DNA from: Perkinsus chesapeaki ATCC PRA-425
Lineage: Eukaryota; Protista; Perkinsozoa
DNA length: 52,662 nt
Assembly: GCA_013115145.1 (NCBI GenBank)
Contig: JAAPAO010000207.1
Location: 1-52,662 of the forward strand
Reading direction: 5' to 3'
In this document: one piece after another, positions 11,648-21,072 of the stretch
Numbering within the stretch: the first letter of the stretch is position 1
Layout: the number at the start of each line of letters is the position of its first letter
Notes under the pieces: generated by a model
Database searches by the model: none
The model's input: only the letters and a program-made list of their open reading frames with translations
What the model was told of the DNA's origin: nothing
Made by a program: the position numbers and the translations under genes

Positions 11648-14600
11648 CTTCCCCTTGGTCTTCAATTCAGTTTCCAACATACTAGTCTCATCGCTGGTCC
11701 CTTTCATTATTTTAATACGATATTCCAATTCTTTAACTTGATATTCGAACTCGGCAACAGCGTCAGCACCAGAGCCTCCGCCACCGTGACCTAGCAAAAC
11801 CCACATACATCAATCCCGCACAGGTTCGATCCCGGCGGCGACCTACTTCCGGCGAGACCGTTCATTAAGGTTATGTCGAGCATGCTGGACTTGAATTGGG
11901 ACAAGTCTTCTTCAACAGATTCTTTCATCAAGAAGGTCTTTACTCCCCTGAAGGAAAAATTTCATTTTTAGGAAAAATCCCCGAAAGCTTTACGGGAAAA
12001 ATTCCAGGAAGCCGCATTTCTTCGGAACATCGACCAGCAAAGGAATGTATGAGAGCGAATCAGAATGTCAAAATCGATCACGTGATCGATCGACCAAACC
12101 TGCCTACCCTTGTCCTGATTCGTTCGCTCCCAACGTTCCTCGTTCTTCAAACTCATACAGACCGGATCCTTCATATCTATCAATTCGTAATCGAAAGGTC
12201 CCCGGTTCGATCCCCGCGGCCTACTCTTTATCAATTTCCACTTTAGTTGTTTCAGTGCAGTGAACATGGTTACCGACACCCGTGATGGCCATGTGTTTGG
12301 CGAGGTCGACGGTTTCGCCGAAGAACGAGTAACAGGGCATCGTACGACCACCACCAACAATAAGACCACCGTAAGAGAGCCTGAAATTGACATTGCTAAA
12401 TTCTGCGAGCTTATCGATTCTTCCTGGAGCAATCCTCGTTAAGGAATTTCGCGTTCGCTCTCTTATCCCAAAAATCCCAGATTTTTCCCTTTTTCACGGA
12501 AATTTTCCGAGATTTTCTATTTTTTCACAAGAAGGCCAGATTTTTCTCTTTTTCACGGAAATTTTCCGAAATTTTCTTTTTTTCCACAAGAATGCCAGGA
12601 TTTTCCCTTCCCTCCTCTGAAAGGAAAAGAGTCCGATTCTGCCCAATCCTTACCCAGTTGCGACGCCAATCAAAAATTCAACACTCTTGCCGACAACGTT
12701 AATATTCGACTGAGCCAGCCCCGAGAGAACGTCCTTCGCATAGGAGAGAATCTTCTCAACATGGTCCTCTTGTCGATCATGTCCACATACAACCAGTACA
12801 CCAGCACCGTCCATATCGACCTGAAATGATAATCGATCACGTGATCGATTTGATTTCCCACCTTAAAGATGTCATGCGCCTTAAGAAATAAATCGAACGC
12901 AGTTGTCATTTTATTCAGCAGGACGCACAATTGCGAAATCGGCACGATTTGCTGAATGATATCAAACTCCTTCATCATCCCGTACAAGAATGTCACGCTT
13001 TCGAACTTGTTGGCAACCAAACTGCCCTCGTCTGAAAGAAAAATACTTACAAATTAATTACATTAAAATGCCCTCGCCGCGGATCGAACCCGCGACCTCC
13101 TACTTTGCCTGATGCTCGCTAGAACGTTTTGCGGAAGAGTTCTTTGCATCATCTCGTTGGTCACTTTCTTCTCAAAATTTATATCTTCCATCAACTTCCT
13201 CACCACCAACGCGTGAATCTAAACGCATCCGTCAGGAATCGAACCCACGCCCTCCCGATTGAAAGGCAAACACTATCCCCACCTTAGTTGCCAGTTCTTC
13301 CTTCTCCGCAGGTCGCTGGATAATGTCGTTCGCTAATCGCTTAACCGCCTCTAATCGACCAGCCGGCGTCAGCTCATGTGTTATCATAATCTGAAATGCA
13401 CCCTCCCGGGATCGAACCAGGGACTTTTCGCTTACCACAGGGAGCGACGGGTGAAACTCTCGTCGGATTATATCGAGGACTTCATATCCTGTCATCCCTC
13501 CAACCGACTGTGTTGTCATGCTCGCCGATATCATCAGCATGTCCGGCAACGCGTGGCTCTCCAAGTTCTCGATGCAGTCATAACCGTCCAGACTCCTTTT
13601 GTACTCGAAGCCCGCCTCCTCTGACATGGATGCCTCAATTCGGAGTTGCCTCTTCAATACCAAATCCAACGCATTCGAACTTATTTCTTTCACCGAATTA
13701 ATACTTCCAATCGCTAACCACCATCAGGGCGCTCAAGTACAGCGCCGAAGCGGTCATCGACGGAAACGGTCGATCGATTTCTAACACCCGGCCAGCTTAA
13801 TAGGCACCCGCTTCACGGAAGAAGTTTAGTTCCATGAGAACGATTATAAAATATATCCGTATCACTTCGCTTCCATGCAAGTACGAGCCCGTGCTCTCTT
13901 AGATATGCTGCAACGAACAATCTCGGGAAGAGTCAATCCGATTGACCAGCCATCGCCAGAAAAATGCCGACGGGTTCTCGGCGAGGCCAACCAGGCCAAT
14001 CCCGAAATGAAACTTACTGTCCAGAATACTCTCCAGCGCCTCGTGGTTCTTAACCTCGTCATCACAGTAAAGCACTCTAATCGTGCCAGATTCGGCCAGC
14101 CTCCTCAAAGCTTCCTCCTGGATGGTAACTTCACCTTCATCATCATCAGCATCGCCCTCACTAGCAACTGAGTCAACAACATGTCCGTCTTTCATGCGAG
14201 CGACCCAGGTTCAATCCCCGGTCTCACCATCTGTTTTTCCTTCATCGTCCCCTTCTGCTGCCGCTGTCAGTAATGCCTTGCTTGCTGTGGAGTGCCGCTT
14301 GGACATGCGCGAATCTGAGCAATCCCGTATCGATCACGTGATCGATTTAGACCTCGCAACATCTTCACCCAAAAAAACTCTATCGAGAACGCCAATATTT
14401 TCGAAATTTTCTTGCGACTGTCTCCATGGCCCCGCAGGCTCAACGGCACCACGCGGAATTACGTGGCGCGCGGTTTACACAACAAATGCACTAGATTTAT
14501 CTTCATCGTAGTTTTGGCAACATCGATGTCAAACTGACGGGAGCGTAGTTAGCAACAGCAACTCGTTTTCCGGCAGCCACACAAAATTGCCAAAGGAAAA

Positions 14601-17600
14601 TGCTCAGTTCGGATTTTTCACAATCCAACCCACCCGAAAGCATCTAGCGCATCGATCACAGCATATGCCACTCACTCCGGACATTTGCATTTTCGCAAAC
14701 TTACTCTCCATCTGCGCCGTCTGGAATGCCGAACCAAAGCTCGCATGCTTGTTGCCCGCATCCTGGGCCCCTCCAGCCTCCTTCACTTCGTCTGCGATAC
14801 GTTGAGGAAGTCGAACGTAGAACTGCGAACCTGAAGATAGAATCTCCGAAGGGGATCCGACCACGTAAGGTGAGAAAATATTTAAGGGAAAATCAGAATT
14901 ATTTACAGAAAAAATCAGAATTATTTACAGAAAAAGTCAGAATTATTTACGGAAAAAGTCAGAATTATTTACGGAAAAAGTCAGAATTATTTACGGAAAA
15001 AGTCAGAATTATTTACGGAAAAAATTTCAGACTTTTTTGCAAGAGTAGCAAAGTGTGAGATTTCTGAGGGTCTGACACAAAATCTTCACAGTGCATAAAA
15101 GTATCTTTCGAAAATCTCCACAGTGCACAAAAGTATCTTTCGAAAATCTTCACAGTGCACAAAGGTATCTTTCGGAAATCTTCACAGTGCGCAAAGGTAT
15201 CTTTCGGAAATCCTCACAATGCGCAAAAGTATCCTACCTTTTCCAAGCTCGGATTCGACCCATATCTTCCCGCCATGCAGCTCAGTTACTTTCGTACAGA
15301 TAGCCAATCCCAAACCCTAAAGACAAAAAATCTCCCGGGTGCGCAAAGATATTTTTCCTCGATTGTAAGCTTCAAAATATCGTCTTTATACAAGGCAAGC
15401 GAATCCTACTAACCCTTCCCTAGTAGGAAATCTTTGTAAGGGAATCCCCACCAAAACTGCTTCACTGACTTCCCATCATTCGACTCCGATGTAAAAAGCG
15501 CGCGCCCGATTGATCGATTTCTTACCAAACCGCCGCCTTTCCCTTCCTCCTCCTGACCAAAAGCTTCGAAAATTTTCTTCAAGTTTTCCTTTTTGATTCC
15601 TTGTCCAGAATCCGACACGCAAAGAAGAATCGTGCCAGCCTCGGCTTCGAACTTGGAGCCAATTCGAACGAATCCTGATTAATTTAAAAATGCCGCCGCT
15701 GGGATTCGAACCTGCGACCTACCGGATGGCGTGAATTTGAGGGCGTTGTTGACCAGATTAAATACGACTTGAGAGAGCCGCTCTTTATCACCTTCGATGG
15801 TCTGAGTGGACCGCACTGTGAAGAATCTTTGGGAGTATCCTAGCTTACCGGCAGGTCCGAATCACATTCGATTTGAAGCTCGACTGATTCTTTCTTGATC
15901 TTCTTCCCGTTCTTGTCAACCGCCATGTTCATCAACTCCCAGACTTCCTCGCAGATTTCATTGCAATTAACGGTCTTCGTCAAATTCAATTGCATCTTGC
16001 CATCTCGGAGGGCGCTCACATCCATAATCATATTCACCAGTCCGACTAGTCTAACCTGTAGAGCGCTCGAGTTCACTGCGGGACACCCAGGTTCGAATCT
16101 TACTCCGCAGGAATTAATCATTTTTAGATGTTTTGTCCTCCCTTTGTTTTGCTCGGTCTTGATCAACGCGTCCGACAAACCGATGATTCCATTAAGAGGA
16201 GTACCTTAACAAATAGAAATATGTGTATCTTTTCCCCTCCAAAATGCACGCTTCAACCTACGAAGCTCATGAGCCACTCCGGCTAAGAAGTCCTGCTGCT
16301 GCCTTTCCGCCATCTCTTGTTTCGTGAGATCTTTAATATGCGCCATTAAATAATAGTCCTGCGTGCCCGATTGCTCCGAGAGGTGATTAATGACGATTTC
16401 AACCTGTTAAACAACAGCGTATCTTTGCACGCGCGCACAAGTAACGCACGCGTAAGAATTTCGGCACGAAGCTCAGCCAGGTACGCACGCTCCTATCCGA
16501 ACGTATTGAACATCCGATAAAGCGTTATCTTCGTTTTTAAACTAAATGATAGTTGAGCGTTCTTGATGCCTCATACGGCGCAACATTTTCATGAAGAATG
16601 GCGGAGAGTATATCATCTTTAACCAGAATCATTGTGGCGTTAGTTGATCTATCTCCTACACCATTTCAAGAAATCAACGCGTGTCTCGTCGTTTACTTCT
16701 ACACTTGTCTTTTACTGACTTCATCAAGTCCACTAGGGCCGTGGTGGAGCTATGGAGTCGCCTGGCCGCCGTACTCCGGCCGCGAGCGGGAGAGAGAAAG
16801 GAAATTTCACAATGTACCGATTTGTTTTCAGCTTCCAATAATCAGGTCACGAAATCGTGAAGCACTGTACGAGCTGTGTAACTCATCCTAAGTTGTCCCT
16901 ATCGCCCCCTCTTCCGCAAAGTCATGCTAAATAGTCAGAGATAGACTCCCTATGTCACCCTCCGCGTGTGCTCTCAACTCTATCTGTTTGCTCATACCAC
17001 TTAGCCGGCAATTCGCGTTTAATAAGAAATACACTTCCTATGTCGTAGGACGTAACGATCTTGTCAGTCTTACCGATATGACGCTGCCGTCTTTCTTTTT
17101 AAGTTGCCCTTTGATTGGCTTCACAATCTTGCACACCGTAAAGGAGTTCTTCCTCCTCATCCCCTAAAGCTCAGAATTTCGTAAAACGGCAAAGTCAAGC
17201 TCCGACCTGAGATCGATTTGTATCTGTTTTCGATACGAATGAGTCAACGTGGCTCTGATGGTTTCCGGCGAACTCCTCTGGCATGAGCACCTTGCAAACG
17301 GCAGATTTAGTCAGACAACAGGAGGCTTCTTACCGATACGTTTTGGCCGATCAGTTCGGTCGCGATGTGGCCTGTTAAAATCTCTAAAGCTGCATTAGTG
17401 TGGATCTACAAAGACAATACAGCAAACCTCTACCGGTTAATTTAGCCCAAAGGTATTGCGCTCGACTAAAGAGCGAACAACCCATGGTTCGATTCTCAGA
17501 GCCTCGACCTTCATTTGAGAAATGTCCCATTTTCATCAAATCAATCCAGAATCGATTCCACCATCTTATTTCCCGTTTAGAAAGGAAGTGTGAGACTCTA

Positions 17601-17891
17601 CAAGTCTCAAACGACACGATAGTCTCCACTTGCCAAGTCCGTCCTCCCCATTCTGCCGTGCCGCACAAGTACTCCGCGAGTAGTTGGTCACCGCATCTTA
17701 TCGGCGCGTCGTTCACCCTTTAATTTCCGTCCCCCACACCTTACAATGTTCCCTTTTTTATCGGCCAGCACCATCATGTCAGTAAGATTCTCCATAAGCC
17801 CGCGGACACCATCCCAGAAGGGTCCGCTTGCCCCAGACATGGTTGGACAAATCTGTCGCGGTTTGGTGGAAACTTGCGCACTTCCAGACAA
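11648..17891 (-). CDS. Multi-exon hybrid histidine kinase: PAS/PAC - HisKA - HATPase - receiver - degenerate class III nucleotide cyclase - coiled tail (both ends uncertain)
   Basis: Hand-spliced exons give [18 protein letters not shown]...ELIGQNVS|VLMPEEF...KKDGSVIS|VEIVI (PAS), [10 protein letters not shown]|TPLNGIIG (H box), [30 protein letters not shown]...[14 protein letters not shown]|SQFYVRLP (HATPase), RVLYCDD...[10 protein letters not shown]...PDMLMIS...LPV|IMIT (receiver), KFESVTFLY...DIFK|[13 protein letters not shown]...[20 protein letters not shown] (cyclase fold). Confidence 0.85.
11791..11846 (-). other. 56-nt GT-AG intron containing an antisense tRNA 3' fragment
   Basis: Intron begins gtaggtcgccgccgggatcgaacctgtg. 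Plus strand reads caggttcgatcccggcggcgacc. Splicing restores the frame (LAGS|HGGGG). Confidence 0.75.
12177..12224 (-). other. 48-nt GT-AG intron equal to an antisense tRNA(Thr-CGT-like) 3' half
   Basis: Plus strand ttcgtaatcgaaaggtccccggttcgatccccgcgg. Splicing gives VEIDKE|[13 protein letters not shown], and the unspliced frame has a stop. Confidence 0.8.
12821..12861 (-). other. 41-nt intron built around the 20-bp perfect palindrome AATCGATCACGTGATCGATT
   Basis: Palindrome at 12831-12850. Splicing gives DIFK|VDMDG in the cyclase domain. The same 18-bp core occurs at 12073-12090 and 14329-14346. Confidence 0.8.
13032..13103 (-). other. 72-nt GT-AG intron with a sense tRNA 3' half followed by TTTT
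   Basis: gtaggaggtcgcgggttcgatccgcggcgagggcatttt... Splicing gives SIRQN|EGSLVANKF. Confidence 0.8.
13219..13282 (-). other. 64-nt GT-AG intron resembling a sense tRNA-Glu from D-loop to acceptor strand
   Basis: gtggggatagtgtttgcctttcaatcgggagggcgtgggttcgattcctgacggatgcgtttag. Splicing gives ELATK|IHALVVRKL. Confidence 0.8.
13391..13435 (-). other. 45-nt GT-AG intron equal to a sense tRNA 3' half starting in the anticodon loop
   Basis: gtaagcgaaaagtc-cctgg-ttcgatc-ccggg-agggtgc-a-tttcag. T-arm fully paired. Splicing gives the receiver motif PSLPV|IMIT. Confidence 0.85.
14168..14227 (-). other. 60-nt GT-AG intron containing an antisense tRNA-Glu-like 3' half
   Basis: Plus strand ctttcatgcgagcgacccaggttcaatccccggtctcacca. 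The unspliced frame has a stop, and splicing gives GKTD|VASEGD. Confidence 0.8.
14888..15017. repeat. Intronic 22-bp minisatellite, about 6 copies
   Basis: Unit gaaaaagtcagaattatttacg. Confidence 0.9.
15079..15234. repeat. Intronic 32-bp minisatellite, about 5 copies
   Basis: Unit aaaatcttcacagtgcacaaaagtatctttcg. The last copy runs into the splice donor (atcctac). Confidence 0.9.
15675..15722 (-). other. 48-nt GT-AG intron equal to a sense tRNA 3' half plus T-tract
   Basis: gtaggtcgcaggttcgaatcccagcggcggcatttttaaattaatcag. Splicing gives ALKFTPSG|FVRIG, and the unspliced frame has a stop. Confidence 0.85.
16056..16103 (-). other. 48-nt GT-AG intron equal to an antisense tRNA fragment (D-loop 3' side to T-loop)
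   Basis: Plus strand gtagagcgctcgagttcactgcgggacacccaggttcgaatct. Splicing gives the HisKA helix MINSCG|[12 protein letters not shown]. Confidence 0.85.
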
Positions 17892-18754
17892 AATCGCACG
17901 CCAAATATCGATTAGATGGGCGCACGCTTTTTACAGCGCATCTTGTGGAATGCGACATCAATGGAAGTTGGCGAGATTACTGGAACTGAGCGGACTCGAT
18001 TATCTGAGCACTTCTTTATTCCTCGTTTATTAACAGTGCCCGAATTTCTGTATTCGAATTGTGCAACGTCTCTCCTTCGGCGAAAGCTCGTTGCGGTTTG
18101 CCTTCTCTTCACTGCTATGCGACCGTAGAGTTTCTCCGCCTATCCATACACTGTTGGTGACTGCCGCAACATTATGAAAATGTTTGCCTAGTTCATCTTT
18201 CCATGACCAACCACCCTGCACCGCCATCATCCGCAAGCAGCAGAAGTTCAGCAGCCCATCCAGGGCTCTCGGCAATCGACCCTTTGGTGCTTCTCGGTGC
18301 ACAACTACTCAGCTCGGTTAGTGTGAAGGTGCGTTACGATTTCCCTTTCGCTGCCCTCATGCTCTTTTCAGAGTGTCCCTCCCCGTAGTGCGGAAGTCAC
18401 TCCCCCGTCTAAGCCAGAGCTTGCTCCCTACATGGTGACAACTGCTCCCATCTCGCCACCTGCAAATATCAGCGACCAGCCAATTCCTATCGGCAACGTC
18501 CGCGGTGGCGAAGGAGTCAAGATTTGCCACAGTGCAAGTCTGATCCCTCTGTCCTCGCTGCCACCACATTCGGCGAGATGCCTGCGATGTCACGGTCCAT
18601 GGGAGCTTCGGCAGCAGAAGACTGGTTTTATGAAGAGATTCATGCTACCTGTAAATAGTTACGCAATTGTTTTTAATCATTATCATTCCGGTCAGGTTCT
18701 CCGATGTTCATTTGACAAGACCCGCAATCACGATTTGTGGCTGTATGAGGGCCA

Positions 18755-19891
18755 GTGGGTTTCCCGATGGCAGAAGCGACGGAAGCTGGGCACGAAGGAG
18801 AGGAAAGTCGTAGAGGAAGCGGTAGGCACTTTAACGTGTCAACTGCCTACGGTATCACTTTTCTCTGCCAGATTGCCAACGGTGAGATTCCGCCGCCGAT
18901 AGCGAGGCCATCGAGGCCTATTTCGACTGCTGCGACACCTCCGATCGCCAACGACAACGCGGAAGAAGGCATGGGCAAGCTCCTCACGGTGAGACCAAAG
19001 CAGAAGTTTGCCAATCGATTGTGCCTCTTGCTCGCCGAGAAGACGTCTCGCTGCACCGGGTAAGAATCTCGGACGCCCACGGTTTTATTTTTTATTGATA
19101 CCTTGGCAGGTGCGAGATGTGGCTATCCGGCGTGAAGGTGGAGCCAGACGCGAACGGCTATGTGTTACATCGGGGCAAGACCTGGTGTCATTTGGTGGAC
19201 AAGACAAGGAAGATCGGAGATACTCTTCGGAAGTATCGCTGTTCCGGTAGGGCTTCAGATGATGCCGGCTTGCAGCTGATCATGTATCTCCAGAAACGGG
19301 CGAGAGGCTCACCGTGGCGCGCAACCCATGCGGGACTTGTCTGTGGGCGGGAATGTCGTCGGCACCGGAGAAGTACAGCACTGTGCCGTTGCGAGAGATC
19401 AGACCAGTCCCGCCGATAGAAGGGCCGAAGGAAGATGCCTCAGAGGCGTCTGATAAGGAGGCGACCGGTGAAGGAGTCATCGATCGGCATTACGCTCCGT
19501 TCGCGATGTTCGAAGAGAAGAGAGCGCCTCGCGATGACCAGAGGACCAAGAGGAGCGCCAGTTGTGAAGCTCCACGTGGAAGTGAGTCTTAAGGTTTGGC
19601 TTCAAGTTGGTAGAATCTTTGGCAGATGGAGTTAAGATTCGGCGCGCTGACGAAGAAGGCTTCTCTCTCGACGCTGACAACGACGACCATGCGACCACTG
19701 CCCAAAGTTTCAAGTGGCTGCCGTCTCTCGATCGTGAAGTGAGCAGAGATGATGCAGCGGATCGATGGGATCATTTCGCGAATTTCAGTCGCGGAGTCCT
19801 TCCGAAGGCTCCCGCCGATATGACTCGCTTCTGCCGCAAGGTCTTGCCTCTCTCGGCGATGAGAGTCCTGGCAGTTGCATTTTTAGAGTAG
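18755..19891 (+). CDS. Multi-exon hypothetical protein, 5' end unresolved
   Basis: GC-rich segments bounded by GTAAG/GTAGG/GTGAG donors and ttggcag acceptors, ending RVLAVAFLE*. No family recognised. Confidence 0.35.
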
Positions 19892-20608
19892 GAAAAATGA
19901 GTGTTCGATTTTCAGCTCCCCGGTTGCCATCAGATTGATACTCCTGGCGGGTGCAGCACCCCGTCGTTCGCCACGGATATGTCGCCATTGACGCAGTCGG
20001 CGACAACCAAGGATCCTGTTAGTAAGCTCTTTGCGCGACAGTTCTGTCATAGTAAAATATAATATATATTTTAATGAGATAAACGATGATATAATAAATA
20101 CATTATCTTCTCATTCAATATGTGTATGCTATTGTAAATTTATATATTATTCATGTGTTACTTTAGCTTAAATTATTATATATATACCATATAGTATTAA
20201 TATCATAAAGTGTGATCAACAAAATAATCGTAGTGAACCACTGACTTGGTGACTGAGCATCCGCCGCTGCTGTCTCCATGTTGTCTTGTGGCTGCTGTTC
20301 AACCTGACAATTGTTTCGCGTTTAGGAGCTCTGGAAGATCTAATGCTACATGAGGATCGTTGAATGTATAATAAGTACATCCTATAATGGATTCTTCATG
20401 CACTACCGAGATTACCTGTCGGTAAATCTCCGTGTAATCGTGTTCTGACGTTGTTAGGCGAAGGCGAAGTTGTGTTGAAGTGAGTAAATAATTGCGATTA
20501 TAATTATTAAAATAATAACTATTTGGTCTGAGTACGGAGCTACAATTTCATTTTGGCAATCAACAAATTTAATAATTATTCGCGGAAGTTTGATAGTGTC
20601 GCGCGCCA

Positions 20609-20671
20609 GAATATCTGCGCGCTACACAAGTTTGACACAAATGTCAAACTTGTGTAGCGCGCAAGATATTC
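20609..20671. repeat. Near-perfect inverted repeat (~29-bp stem, 4-nt loop)
   Basis: gaatatctgcgcgctacacaagtttgaca-caaa-tgtcaaacttgtgtagcgcgcaagatattc. Confidence 0.9.
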
Positions 20672-21009
20672 TGTGCCACACATTCCCGGATATCACCTTC
20701 AAGTCTGATCTTTTCGACGCGTTTTACAAGCCAGTGGGGGGAAATGCACTCAAGAACCTTGGAGGTGTGGCTGGCCTCACAAGGATACTGTGGGACTCGC
20801 TTAGCCATAGCCACTAAAAGCCCCAGAGGCTGGGCTCATAAGGCAAACGTCTAAATGACGTTTGCCAAGTTTGATATCATACTGAAGCTCTACATCTACA
20901 CCAGAGAAAATTGCAAGTAGATTTGTGAGGTCAAAAATACCACATGAAAGATTGGCAGATGAACTTGACAGTGACTCCTAAGATAGGAGAACCGTTCTCC
21001 TATCTGTCA

Positions 21010-21072
21010 GGGCCATTCTGTTGTCTTGCTTATGGTTCTCGGAGAACAATAAGCAAGACAACCGAATGGCCC
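21010..21072. repeat. Near-perfect 63-bp palindrome (31-bp arms, 2 mismatches)
   Basis: gggccattctgttgtcttgcttatggttctc-g-gagaacaataagcaagacaaccgaatggccc. Confidence 0.9.

Noticed and set aside
13623-14016. Stop-codon readthrough or recoding to explain stops between the receiver exons
   Set aside because: A ~395-nt GT-AG intron joins the frames (ILD|KEAGF), and all well-supported genes use standard stops.
11791-16103. Intronic tRNA-like pieces as functional or split tRNA genes
   Set aside because: They lack 5' acceptor strands and A-boxes, several T-stems are mispaired, and no complementary 5' halves were found in the window.
11791-16103. Target-site duplications around the tRNA-like introns (classical Introner signature)
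   Set aside because: Only a weak gtaaga/gttaga similarity at one intron. No consistent direct repeats.
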